NCBI RefSeq assembly: GCF_006345805.1
Contig: NC_043005.1
Span: 31,930,001 to 31,994,000, forward strand
Direction: 5' to 3'
DNA from: Octopus sinensis
Taxonomy: Eukaryota
DNA: 64,000 nucleotides
Part shown: positions 38,505-51,106 of the stretch, piece after piece
How positions within the stretch are numbered: position 1 is the first letter of the stretch
Layout of the letters: every line of letters starts with the position of its first letter
The notes under the pieces: model-generated
The model's database searches: none
Told to the model about the DNA's origin: nothing
Seen by the model: only the letters and a program-made list of their open reading frames with translations
Position numbers and translations under genes: made by a program

Positions 38505-38633
38505 CAAATATACACAGATATACGACAGTCTTCTTTCAGTTTCTGTGTACGAAATCCACTCACAAGGCTTTGGCGGCACTTCTATGACCTCTGCAGCTGT
38601 GATCGGCCCTTCATAGGTCATGTATGAAATTTG

Positions 38634-39000
38634 GGTACTTTTTGGTTATTTCACCCCATTAAAAAATTGGGTTATCTCCCCTAGTTTTATGAGAAATATC
38701 GGCAGCTTTGGTTATCTCCCTCAATTAAAAAATTATTTAATCCCCAATAAACAAAAAAAGGTGAAAAACTTAATAAACATAAAAACTGAAAAAATTAAAC
38801 ATCTTATTGAATCTGATAACATTTTTATAACAAAACATACAATGCCTATTGAAGAGGCTAAACGTCAACAATGTGTTGAAGTATTGAATCAAAAAGATCT
38901 AACTCTTTTAATCTAATCTCTTGTCGTCACTTAAACTCAATTTTTTAGAGGGGAGATAACTCAAATTTTTAAGAGTTGGGTGAGATAACCAAAAAGGACC
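38634..39000. mobile_element. MITE-like element with ~50-bp imperfect TIRs
   Basis: GGTACTTTTTGGTTATTTCACCC...GTTATCTCCCC versus GGGGAGATAAC...GGGTGAGATAACCAAAAAGGACC. Confidence 0.7.
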
Positions 39001-39154
39001 TAAATGTATAGCAAGGTATATTTGACAGCTGTTCATTATTATATTTTGACAATCTTTATTTTTTGTTAGAAAGCTGACACATCTATGGCTTTATTCTAAC
39101 ATATATTGTTCTTTATAAAGTATTTACAAATCGTTTTTTGCTGTTTTGTTTAGA

Positions 39155-40150
39155 GATGGATAAGTTGGAAATTCGTACAGCCTTGAAATATGAGCTCTTT
39201 CTTGGAAATACAGCATCACAAACAGCTCGGAATATTTATGGAGTATTTCATTCTAATGTTATTACACAGTAAACAGTATCAAATCGGTTCGCAAAATTTC
39301 GTTCTGGTAACTTTAGCCTCACAAATGAGCAATGTGGTCGACCAGAAACAAAGGTGGATAATGATGAACTGAAAGCCACCGTCGAGTCAGATCCATTTCA
39401 AAGTGCCCGTGAATTATCGTTGTTGTTTGGTGTTAGCAAGCAAACGATATTGACTCAACTAGTTCAAATCAGTAAAGTGAAAAAGTTGGATAAGTGGTAT
39501 CCACTTGAACTCAATGAAAATCGGAAACAGCAATGTTTGGAAGCCTGCATTAAGCTATTTTCTCGTCACAAAAATGAATCCTTTTTGACTCGAATTGTAA
39601 TATGTGATGAGAAATGGATCCAACTGTAAACATTCAGCACAATGGTTGGACAAAGACGAGTCATCGAAACACAGTCCAAAAAGCAATATTCATCAAAAGA
39701 AGCTGATGGTGTGCATTTGGTAGTCTGGGCACAGGTGTGATCCATTATGATTTCATTAAACTTGATTCATCAATCACGGTCGAAGTATACTGCAACGAAT
39801 GGATCAAATGATGCAGAAACTTACAAAAAATGGCCTAGATTAGTCAACAGATCCACTCCTATTTTCTTGCAAGACAATGCCAGACCACACATCGCAAAAA
39901 TGACATTGGCGAAACTACAGAAGTTGGAGTTTGAAGTTCTCCATCATCCACCATACTCACCTGATCTTTTCTCCACTGACGATCACTTCTCTCAGAATTG
40001 GGAAAACTTTTTGATAGGAAAGAAAATTTAATTCCGATGATGCTGTAAAACAGGCCTTCCAAGATTTTATTGACTCTAGATTCTGGACAAACCACCACTG
40101 AAATGGCAAAAGTGTATTGACAATATGGGTGCATACTTTGATGAATAAAA
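39155..40150 (+). mobile_element. Degenerate mariner transposase
   Basis: WYPLEL (WVPHEL-like), IVICDEKWI, LQDNARPH, HPPYSPDL. Confidence 0.92.
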
Positions 40151-41199
40151 CTATTCCTTGCATTTATAAAACATTAGCAAAGCTTTTTGCTATGACTGTC
40201 CTGAAATGCAATGATATATCTATCTTAACAATACTAAAACTCTAGAGATGTTTGTGTGTACCTGAAATATCTCAGTAATAGTATATTTTATCTTAATGTT
40301 GCTTTGTTTGTTTGTTTTTTTGCCTATTTATTTTCATATCTGCCTTTGGCAGTGCAGTACAAATTTTTGTGATATTTGGACCTCTATTTATTAATGAAAA
40401 CGATTAAATCCAATTTTTGTTCATTACTTCTTGATGAAAAAATACATAGCCTCCATGACATCAACACACATATATAATGAATGTCATGGTATGTCAATCA
40501 GCACAAATACACGTCCGCTATCCGTGACATATACACACACATAGTCTTCGCGCTCTCTAAGAAAAAACTTTGACTTTTTGAATTTCACAATATTTTCATC
40601 ATTTAGAAATATTTTTAACTGAATGTGATTTCAAAAATGTAAATTGTTTGTAAAGTAAGTACCTATATTTTAGTTTTCTTTAAACAAACAATATTTTAAT
40701 GTTTTTTTTAAAATGGATCTTTCACTTGTCATCCGGAGTTCATTAATTTCCATAAAAAAAATTATCTATTAACTTTCGTTTTAAAGTGAAAGAGGAGAAA
40801 GTGAAAGATGTATGTACGTGTATATGAGACGGACATTTGTGTGTGAAAGAGAGAGAAAAAAAGAGAGAGGAAGAGAGAGTGGAAGGGAAAGAGAGGTAGA
40901 AAAAGATGGAGAGAGAGAAAGAGAGAGAGTGAGTAAAGGGGTGTGTTATGTATACATACGTACATCAATACATGTGTATATGTCTTTTTGTAAGTATGCA
41001 TGTGTGTGTGTGTGTGTGAGAGAGTGAGTGAGTGAACATGTGTATTCTCATGTATGTGTAAGTGGCATTCCCTCTCTCTTTCTCTCTCTCTAATCACACA
41101 CACACACACATCCATTTCATATACACATTCATACATCTTTCACCTTCTCCTCTCTTTCACTTTAAAACAAAAGTAAATAAATAAAAAAAAAATTACGGA

Positions 41200-42560
41200 A
41201 ATTAACGAACAAAACCAGCTGCCATTCCTGCTACTGCAGTGGTAGCTGGAAAAGCTACTACTGCTATAAGGATCAGATACCACCTCAGTCTCATAAATGA
41301 TCCCCCTTCGATTTCACATTGGCCTCCCAACAGGCATCTGCTGTAGTCCCTGCATGTGCATCCCACCTCTGCACGTGGCCTAGGGGTGTTAACAAAAATT
41401 CTCTTAATATTGGGGGCACAGCTAAAAGAGACTCTTAGTTTGTGTCTGTTGAATATACATTCATACCTATGTGACTGTGAAAAGTGCTTATCTACTAGTC
41501 TAAAGAATATCCTACCTACACACATATTTTTACATTAAGATGGGGAGAACCAAATGAAATTTTGGTGATACTTCCTTCTATGGGTGTTAGGGCTGAGCAT
41601 GTAGAAGATGTGATCCTTAAACCCACTAGCAGCTAGGGTCTCATTATAGTTGGGGGCTGCTGCATCAAAAATTTCTTGGCTAGAGAAAAGCTTGAGACCC
41701 TCTTGCTGAAACCGTTCACCAGGTTTTTTAACATGATGGGCAGTTGGAAGGAGCCTGTGTTGATATATGCCTACCTCTCATTTGGCTTGTGGTAAGGCCT
41801 GTATACACCAGATCCCAAGTTGAGCATAATGTCTAAGAAGTCTGCAGTGGTGAGGTTGGTCTTGATTGTAATTTTCAGTCCCAAGAAGTTATAGGTTCTA
41901 ATCAGATCTTTCCTAAGCCTAACTCGGTAGGGTGTGCCCATTAGCCCCTCTAGAGATAGCCAGGGTATCATCTATGTAGAGATCAAAGAGGACAGAGGGC
42001 AATTTCTTCTCTAGCATATCCAGGATATACAGCCCAATGAAGTTGCATACATCAGTGCTGTCGTAGGCCCCCATTGCTACATCAAAAGAGCCCATAGAGA
42101 CAGTTTGCTTGACCCATGTTGAACTTTTATTGAACAGTACCATTTTCCTGGCATCCATGATGATATCTATGTCCCTATAGCTAATGTCAATGAAGTCCCT
42201 GATGAAGGAAAATGCCTTGATCAGTAACCCTTTCTATATAGATGGGAAGAAAATTGACTATGTTGAACTGGGTAAATCTTGCTCTACCCCTCTCTGAGTA
42301 TTAGACCAGTCACTTTATTTGTACTATGCCATAGGGAGAGGTTGGTAGTTCTTATATCATTGTTGATGTTCTCCAGTATGTGCTTGCTCACCAGACCGAT
42401 CTCAAATTTATCCACATTGATCAGGTGGCACTTGGGGTTCAAGGCAAAATTCAGTTTATGGTCTTTGATAGTGATGAAGGCATTCCTTTTGGCTAAAATT
42501 TCTACCCTATCTGTTATATCTAAGTTATTGGCTAACTGTTTGGCTTCACTCTTGATGTAG
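41200..42560 (-). mobile_element. Penelope-like element (RT and Cys-rich linker/GIY-YIG start)
   Basis: FDVAMGAYDSTDVC..LYIDDTL, DFLDIMLNL..YRPYHKPN, LRVSFSC.PN..CTCRDYSRCLLGGQC. Confidence 0.85.
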
Positions 42561-43171
42561 TATGTGTCTATATATATATATAATGTGATTTAACGTATTA
42601 CATATAATTTAATTCAAGAATTAGTTTTAAGACAAAACATTATTTAATAATTAGATGGTATATTTATTACGTAGTATTACATTTAAGTAAATGAATTTTA
42701 TATTAATTGATTTTTGGTCAACTACATTATTGAATAAAATATTAAATTTATAGATACTACATATATATTAATAATATAGTTAGTTTATCTAATAGGTGTG
42801 TATATATTTGAACCATTTCCTATTTTTAATTCCAATATTTATAGCTTGTACTAACATTATGTATATTACTTAATGTTAAGGTTTTTAATATAAATTACTT
42901 AATGAGTATAAGACTTTATTTAGATGTTTATTAAATAAATAAATTAATTAATTAATAATTTAATTTAATGTATATAGTTTAAATTATAGTATTTAGTTTT
43001 CACTTGATGTATATTTTGTATCTTATATATATGTGTTTTAAATATTTTAATTAATTGTATCATATTTTTTAAACAAAAATATTATTTGTTAAGATATTTT
43101 GTATTTTACAAGATTATATACGTATATTCATTAATTTATCTAATTAATTGTTTTATTATTGTTGTTATCTT

Positions 43172-43275
43172 TAACCTGAAGAGTGGCTATATTTATATTG
43201 AAGTGATTTTACTACTACTACTATTATTTTTACTATTATCATTTCTTAAATATAGCCACGAAACACGTGTCGTTA
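43172..43275 (+). ncRNA. Type I hammerhead ribozyme (minimal, Penelope-type)
   Basis: TAAC-CTGAAGA-[GTGGCTATATTTA...TAAATATAGCCAC, 13-bp helix II]-GAAA-C-ACGT-G-TC-GTTA. Core intact; predicted cleavage after GUC at 43271. Confidence 0.88.
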
Positions 43276-43433
43276 TTCTACCAAATATATACGTTTTATT
43301 TATTTAATTATTATTTTGCACATTACTTAATCATCGTTATATGTTTTATCTTATATTTAATCTTTCTATAATATGTAATTTTTCTAAATGGTATAATTTA
43401 ATTTTTCCTTATTGAATTGATAAAAGGTGGTTT

Positions 43434-43464
<31 letters not shown>

Positions 43465-43542
43465 TATATTATATTTTGTGAAATTTGATTTAGTATTTCT
43501 AAATTGAATTTTTCCATGTAAGTTTGGAATAATATTCCTTCA

Positions 43543-43615
<73 letters not shown>

Positions 43616-43760
43616 TATATTCACTGCTGTACTATTCTGGCTCAGCACATTGGTTGAGGACATTCAATTTGAATTCTTGGTGTATAAAGATGGAACTAAA
43701 TGCACACGTGTTTACTTTGTGTTTTCATTATGTATTAAAGTTTCATAATTATACATTTTC

Positions 43761-43855
43761 GAGTGACTCTACTGATGAGCCTCAGATGGATAATTAATCA
43801 ATTAATTGATTTATTTGATCATTAATGGTGAAACTCTAGGGTATAGAGTTAACTC
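43761..43855 (+). ncRNA. Type I hammerhead ribozyme (second, different sequence)
   Basis: GAGT-GACTCTA-CTGATGA-GCC...GGT-GAAA-C-TCTAGG-G-TA-TAGAGTT-a-ACTC. Helix I is ~11 bp with one bulge; predicted cleavage after GUA at 43843. Confidence 0.78.
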
Positions 43856-44122
43856 AGATTTTTATTTATTCAAGTGTCCTGCTTGCTTACAAGCAATGTG
43901 CCATAAATAAGAATGTTTTTTTATGGTTTGGGATCTGACTGCCCTTTTTAGCATGTAAGAAGTCCACATGGTGGTCTTCTCTCCGTGCATAAATTTTTAT
44001 ACACTCTTATATTTTAAAAATATTTATGTCTTCTGATTTTTATTACACATGCTAACCACTTGTAATAAATTACTATTTTAATAATTTTTTACCCTTGTGT
44101 GTGTGTATATATATATATATAC

Positions 44123-44160
<38 letters not shown>

Positions 44161-45097
44161 ATCATCATCTAACATTCATTTTCTATGCTGGTATGTGTTG
44201 GATGGTTTGACAAAATCAGGCAAGCGGCAGAGCTATATCAAACTCCAGTATCAGCTTTGACATAGTTTCTTCAGCTAGATACCCTTCCTAACACCAATCA
44301 CTTTATAATGTATGCTGGATGTATTTTTTGTACTAGTGGCACTAGTGAGGTCCCCAGGAAACTTGCAGGATGAGAATAAAACAGAAAAAAGGAAAAGGGG
44401 AAAAATACCAACTAAGCAGGGGAGAGCTTTTGAGGGGAGTAGTGGTTTTATGCCAGGAGTTAAAAAACTAAAGTATTGTAGTTGGTTAATCCCAGGTGTC
44501 TTGATATATAGGAGATACAAGGCTACCCTGCATTATAGAAGAGTGGATGGGAGTTACTGCAAGAGATAGTGATAGTGAAATACTAGAGTATCTCAAGGTA
44601 CAATGTGAGTATAAAAGAGGATACAGACAATGAATTAAAGGTAGAAGGATAGTTTCAGAAGTGTATGAAGGGAGAGTAATAAATGGTTAGAAATGGGGTC
44701 AAGGTGAAATGTAGTGAGTGATGAATAAGAGTGGATGCAGTTGATAGGAAATACCCATATGGAGGGTGGTAATGTGGGAGACATAGAACTGGCTGAGGAA
44801 GGAGAATAGGTCAACAAGCTGGGTGTGATGTGTAAGGTGGAGAGAATGGTAGGAAGAGAGGTGTAGAAGGACATAAGTCTGTAGTAGGTAAGGTGTTTAT
44901 GGGCAACATGAGAGTATGTGGAGATTGAAAGCAGAAATAATGAGAGGTGTTAGGTTATAAAGTATGGCAGAGGAAAAAAAGCAATGGTTGAGAGCACAGA
45001 TATCAGCAGCAACATTTAATGTCCACATTCCATGCTGGCAAGCCAGAAAACTGTGCCAAGCTCTACCATCTGCTTTGGCATAATTTATACAGCTAGT

Positions 45098-45129
<32 letters not shown>

Positions 45130-45235
45130 GCATCATCATCATCATTTAACATCCGCTTTCCATGGTAGCATGGGTTGGACGATTTGACAGAGGTCTGGCG
45201 AACCAGATGGCTGCACCAGACTCCAATCTGATCTG

Positions 45236-45878
45236 CTTTTCAGTTTGGCTGCCAAATTTTGAAAATTCAAAGTTTATTGAAATTTTTTTAATTTGGTACA
45301 TTAATGTAGTTTTCCAAACTGAATCTCAAGAGATATTTTACTTTTTCCAGAAAAATTTTTTTTTTAGGTTATAGAGGTTTAAATTTTAATAATTTTCACA
45401 GGATTTGGAAGCCGTAATATAGTGTGACAGCACATGTCAACTATAAACAAATTAAATTCTCTATTTTTTGGAATTTTCAGAAAATTTTTGTGAATTTGTA
45501 TTCTGCACATGGGAATTCATGCGATTATCCAAAAATTTAACAAAAAATTTTTTGGTGCGTGATTTAAGGCATATTTGACTATTATTTTTAGCACACGACC
45601 ACCTTTTTGTCAACACGTGCTGTCTCACAGACAAAAGAGTTTGCATGCTTGTTACAATGGAAACAGGCATAAGTGAGTCCTGTGGCTTAGAATTGGCTAA
45701 AATTACCATAATTACACAAAGTTTTCAAATAACTCTTTATTTATTGATTTATTGCAAAAATGAATTTCAAAGCAGTGATTAGCATACAAAATCATATCAT
45801 TACACCAAATATGAAATCAATTCAAGCAGGACTTGAAGACATTGAAAATTGGCAGTCAAACAGAAAAGATCCCTTTAA
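45236..45878. mobile_element. Non-autonomous DNA transposon (TIR element, TTAA at right end)
   Basis: CTTTTCAGTTTGGCTGCCAAATTT versus AAATTGGCAGTCAAACAGAAAAG, plus internal inverted GACAGCAC motifs. Confidence 0.55.
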
Positions 45879-45959
45879 GCTTATAAAATATTATTATTAT
45901 TTACAGATATATGATATGATATATGATATATATATATATATACATATATATATACATAC

Positions 45960-46295
45960 ATTGGCACTTGTGCCCCATGCTAGTGGGGTGCTAAAAGCAC
46001 CATCTGAGCGTGATCGTTGCCAGAGCGTCTAACTGGCTTTCGTGCCGGTGGCACGTGAAAAACATTCGAGTGAGGTCATTGCCAGTACTGCCTGACTGGC
46101 CCCCATGCCGGTGGCACATAAAAGCACCCACTACATTCTCGGAGTGGTTGGCGTTAGGAAGGGCATCCAGCTGTAGAAACTCTGCCATATCAAGATTGGA
46201 ACTTGGTGCAGCCATCTGGTTCGCCAGTCCTCAGTAAAATCATCCAATCCATGCTAGCATGGAAAACGGACGTTAAACGATGATGATGATGATGA

Positions 46296-46300
<5 letters not shown>
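45960..46300 (+). mobile_element. RTE-associated 3' UTR/SINE with (GAT)n tail
   Basis: Reverse-complement match to 5900-6270; another + copy at 31300-31600. Confidence 0.8.
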
Positions 46301-46339
<39 letters not shown>

Positions 46340-47155
46340 CAAAACAAAACAAATAATGAGAGACTATCAATCCAGGCAAAATACTTTCTTTTTCTTCATT
46401 CCAATATTATTATTGGGACCCTTACTCACTTATTGATGTCTTATTATCACCCCATGGTTATTGGTATTGTTATTTCTGTTATTAATTTGTAATATTATCT
46501 TGTGTCTGGGGAGAGTCATTTTCTTTCTGTGCCTAATGATGTAACGTTATTTTATTAATATTATTGATATTGGTATTATTGATATTGATGTTATTGATAT
46601 TGATGTTATTGATGCTGATGTTGTCACCGTCATCATAATTGTTTTGGTATTACACGTTACTCTGAAAATTTATTATTATCCTTTACATCTTTAATGCTAA
46701 ATTTAGAAACTTTAACTTCAGTTCAAATTTTAATCCATAACCCTTTCTATTAGTTTAAAATTTTAAAACCTGACTAATCAGATTAATCTGAATTTATATT
46801 TAATTTTCAACTTGACATCATCCCATTTGTAACAATATCTCTTAATCTATCAGTATTTATATCCTGGATAAGAGTATTCCTGTCCTCTACAATATGACTA
46901 CAACCAGTATCCTTTTATTTTCTAACATTATTCCCTCACTATGCTAGATATCAAAAACTGAACATTACTATCTTAAACTGACCATGTCCATAAAAAGCCT
47001 ATATCATATTTCAACACAATTGCTGGAGCATATCTAACCTATATACAATGCTAACATGATAATGGGTGCTGAGCAGACTGCAAACACTAATGTTTTAGAC
47101 TGTCCCTCTTCTAAATTTGGCAATACAATGCCCCTACTTCTAGTAAATGACTCAC

Positions 47156-47365
47156 TCCTTTGTAACCTGTCTTCTGTTTTCTTTCTGCTCTCTTCCAATT
47201 TCTCCATACAGTAGCCATTCCTCCAGGGCTCTGCTTGTTATAACCAGAAATGGCTCTGATGAAAGTAGCATTAATTTTCTTAGATCGTTCAATTTCCCTC
47301 ACTTGAACAACAGACCAGTTGAGTAAACCTATCAGTAATGTACCTATAATGACTACTGGAAACAG
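47156..47365 (-). CDS. Candidate exon encoding a TM helix plus basic helix, TRP-channel S6/TRP-helix-like
   Basis: tttacag acceptor, GGA|gtgagt donor, 210 nt, phase 0-0, open: LFPVVIIGTLLIGLLNWSVVQVREIERSKKI... Resembles TRPA1 FVPIVLMNLLIGLAVGDIAEVQKHASLKRI (from memory). Confidence 0.5.
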
Positions 47366-47587
47366 CTGTAAACTAAATTTGCTCCAATAAAGGAAAAATA
47401 TGTAATGACCATTATTTTTAACATAATGTGTTTTTGTCCCCGAAACTTAGTGGTTCGACAAAAGAGACCAACAGAATAAGTACTAGGCTTACAAAGAATA
47501 AGTCCTGGGGTTGATTTCTTTCAACAAAGGTGGTGCTCCAGCTTGACCACAGTCAAAACATGTAAAAGTGTGAAAAATATATATTTA

Positions 47588-47620
<33 letters not shown>

Positions 47621-47786
47621 TACAAGCAGAAAGACCCAGTTTCACTAGGGTTGTAAACTCATAGCCTGAACACAGTACTGTTTGTTTGTAGTGTAAGATT
47701 AGTGTATTTCTCAGAAAGTAATACTTACTTTTAATATTCAAGAACACGGGTTCCGAAATGAAATAGAAGCAGTTATACATATGTGG

Positions 47787-47833
<47 letters not shown>

Positions 47834-47949
47834 CTTGTAGTACCTACTTATAAGCAAATTATCTCAACAATGGGTAAGATACTTTATCTTTGTATATTTG
47901 TATACAGGATATAAAGTATTGACCCATTGACCCCTTTTGATGGAAATAC

Positions 47950-48420
47950 AAGACCCTAGTGACTCAGCTCCCTATGGAGCAACTAAGTCCTTAGGTCTTC
48001 ACTCAAGGATCATCAGAGGACAACGATATTTTGAAGCATTTGAGGGAAGGCATTGAATGAAAGGGACCAGATCTGTGGAGCACAAAGAATTGGATTCTTC
48101 ATGACAACAATGCTCCCTGTGACCAAGCTCTCCTCACTCATGAGTTTCTCACCAAAAGCCACATGGTTTCACTTCTGCACCTACCCTATTTGCTAGATTT
48201 AGCACCTGCAGACTTCCATCTCTTTCCCTAAGAAGAAAATGCAGCTCCAAGGTTGCCATTTTAACACCGTTGTCAAGATCAAGTGTGAATCACAGGTGGT
48301 CCTCAACTTGCTTACAGAAAACGACTTCCAGGTAAGATTCCAAAAGAGGCAGGAATGCTGGGACCAGTGTATTGCTGTGCAAGGTGACTGTTTCAAAGGA
48401 GATTAAGTTAAAATTTAGGT
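47950..48420 (+). mobile_element. Mariner 3' fragment
   Basis: WILHDNNAP..HLPYLLDLAPADFHLFP. Confidence 0.8.
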
Positions 48421-48504
48421 AGGCAGGCATTAGGAAGGGTATATACAGGCGGAGTGGTGAAGAAGAGATAGAATGATAAAGAATAATGTTAAAAGGGATA
48501 AATA

Positions 48505-48945
48505 TGTTAGTTAGTTAGTTAGTTAGTTAATTTGGCTCAAAAGCAAATAGCAAGGCCATGTAGGGGGACATGGAGTTAAGTACAGGGTGGTGTTCATGTA
48601 AAGAGTTCAGGCCACTTGAGGTCCAGGGAGGCTTTGAACAAAGCGGTCGTCGGCATCTTCACCATCTTGTCTGGCAGCTTGTTCCACGGATCCGCAACCC
48701 GGACGGAGAAAGCTCCTCTCCTTCGATTGAGATGAAATCGTCGCAGGTAGAGCTTTTCGGAATGACCCCGCAGCCGACGCTCTGGAGCAGGAGTGAAGAA
48801 CAGCTCTTTCGAGAGGTTACACTTTCCGCTTATGATGTTGTGGGCGATAATGAGATCACTACGGCGGCGGCGTTTTTCAAGAGAATAAAGGTCGAGCGTC
48901 CTCAGCCTTTCTTCATAGGACAAATTTTTGAGACCATGAACCATG
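48505..48945 (-). mobile_element. CR1-like LINE 3' fragment with (ACTA)n tail
   Basis: LSYEERLRTLDLYSLEKRRRRSDLI..LRGHSEKL..FSVRVADPWNKLP. Confidence 0.9.
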
Positions 48946-50179
48946 AGGGTAGCCAGGGATAAATGTGGTAAAATCTATTGCTCTACAGGTCATTTGGCAC
49001 AAGGAAAGATGGAAATGTTATGAAATGTATGGGAGAGCAGGAGATAGGAATATAACATGGCTATAATAGCTGAGAGATAACTAAATGGAGATATTGTATA
49101 TTCCAGCCTCCATCATCACTACCACTGCTATTTCTACAATTGTTTTGCTATGCTTGCAAAGCTTAATTAGGTCTTCTCCAGCACAGACTATCACCATTAA
49201 AAGTGGTCTTTTGTCATTTTCCTTCTTGAGATCCCTGTTTATTACTTTGTTCTACATCTTCCTTGGTCACTCTCTTCCACAATATTCATCTGTGTCAAAT
49301 ATTTGGTACTTGTTAACACATCTCATATTCTCCATATGCATTACTTGATTAGTCTTCTCTGTTGCACACTACATCTGATTCTAACTTTTCTCTTGTAGTG
49401 AAGTCTAAGATCAAAAACTGGTGAGCAAACATATAATCATGTAAATATTATGCTTTACTCCTGTGAAAATAAATGCACATTAAATAACATTCAAAGTTGG
49501 TTTTATTATGGGATAACATGCAGCTAACCTTCATACCAATTTTATTAAGATTCATCCAAGCAGCCCAACACTCTCAATTTATTTGTACTCATCTGTTGAT
49601 ACATATTAACATTACACATTTAACAGAGCATTCTTGCCTCATTTCTTTCCACTTCCACATTCAGAGCCTACATCTTATTACCAGACAGCATTACCTTTCA
49701 TACACAAATATCGAACAAACTGTGCTTCACTCTAAGATTGCCTGCCAAGTGATAGCTCTCTAAACATCTTCCAACTCATGTTTCCACTAGTTACTATACT
49801 TTCAGAACACCCATCTGTATTACTAATAAGATTGAATGGTAACAAAATATTTCTAAGGGATCTTCCTGGCATTTGAAGGAATCTGTTCCACAAGAACTCT
49901 TCCATTTTAAAATAAAATTATAAAATATTATTCCATAAAATAAAAGTGTACATTTGAATGGAAGAACTGTGGAACTTCAGAGTTTGTTATGAACAGATAA
50001 CAGCACACAGACAGAGAGTATATCCAGAGAGTATATTCACATAAAACTTGTGAATTACACATGTTCTCAAGAACAAAATCTAATTACTCTCAGTGTGTGC
50101 ATCCATGCATGCATATGCACTAAAAGAAATGCACATAGGTGAGAACTGTTGCTAATTCTGTCCAAGGAAGAGAAATTAC

Positions 50180-50336
50180 TTTATGATATTTATTCTAGTG
50201 AGGTCACAGAGATACTCCATTGTCACTGCTGCCAATACAAATGTAGTAAATCAGAAATTGGTCAGTTTTAAAACTACCAGCAAAGATGTCATTGTCCAGA
50301 AATACATGATACAAAAAGATACTTTGTTTTGAAAGA
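50180..50336 (-). pseudogene. Candidate TRP-like S4/S4-S5 linker exon with in-frame TGA
   Basis: Strong cttacttttcag acceptor, AA|gtaatt donor: FQNKVSFCIMYFWTMTSLLVVLKLTNF*FTTFVLAAVTMEYLCDLTRINII. Stop at 50251-50253. Confidence 0.35.
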
Positions 50337-50842
50337 CTGAAAAGTAAGATGGTAAATTCTTGAAAAGTAATGTCCACAAACTAGTTTTCATTATTATTTA
50401 AAGTGACTTCACCTACAGCACTATTGACCTTAACAAATTCATAAACACAAGCAGTACCCATGGAAATTTCATGGTTATTATGAAAATTGTGAAATTCCAG
50501 TTTTATTTATTTATTTGTCTCCCCCTTCTCCCCTTCCTCTCTCTCTATGTATATCTTTACATTCAAGATATAACTTCCCTTGATGACATGAGCGTAACAT
50601 TCAATTTTTTAAGCAAGCAGATGATAAATAATTGCACTTATGTGTATGTGATGGAAAAAAATTAGTTCAATTAAAAAAATATTTTTCAATTTCACACCAC
50701 CACCACCTACACCACTGCTATTTGCCTCTCTCTGTTTCTCTCTCAATATAACTGCCTTGTACTTGAAACTCAAGAGTACCAATGAATTTGAATCAAGCTG
50801 TTTTGAACCATGATGATTTTATACATATACATATATATATAT

Positions 50843-50915
<73 letters not shown>

Positions 50916-50916
50916 C

Positions 50917-51106
50917 ATGGAGCAGTTGTATTTAACAACTGCAAAAACTTAGAAATTGAACCCAGATCACTATATCCAGTGTTTAAAAAAGTCAAGAATA
51001 TGATTACAATTCACTAAAATACCATCAACATCATCAAAATGTCTGATCATTCAAGACTTTGTGTGGAACTGAAGCTAACAACAATTTCATCTTTGGCATG
51101 CTTTTT
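50917..51106 (-). pseudogene. Candidate TM-encoding exon (S3-like) with three in-frame stops
   Basis: ttgttcag acceptor: KKHAKDEIVVSFSSTQSLE*SDILMMLMVF**IVIIFLTFLNTGY... Donor is weak. Confidence 0.22.

Noticed and set aside
47729-47787. Minus-strand mini-exon with gtaagt donor between the TRP-like exons
   Set aside because: The only open frame is phase-incompatible with the next exon, and the acceptor is in (TA)n.
49924-50080. Minus-strand YTLWIYSLSVCCYLFITNSEVPQF as a possible S5 helix
   Set aside because: No convincing splice sites; could be chance.
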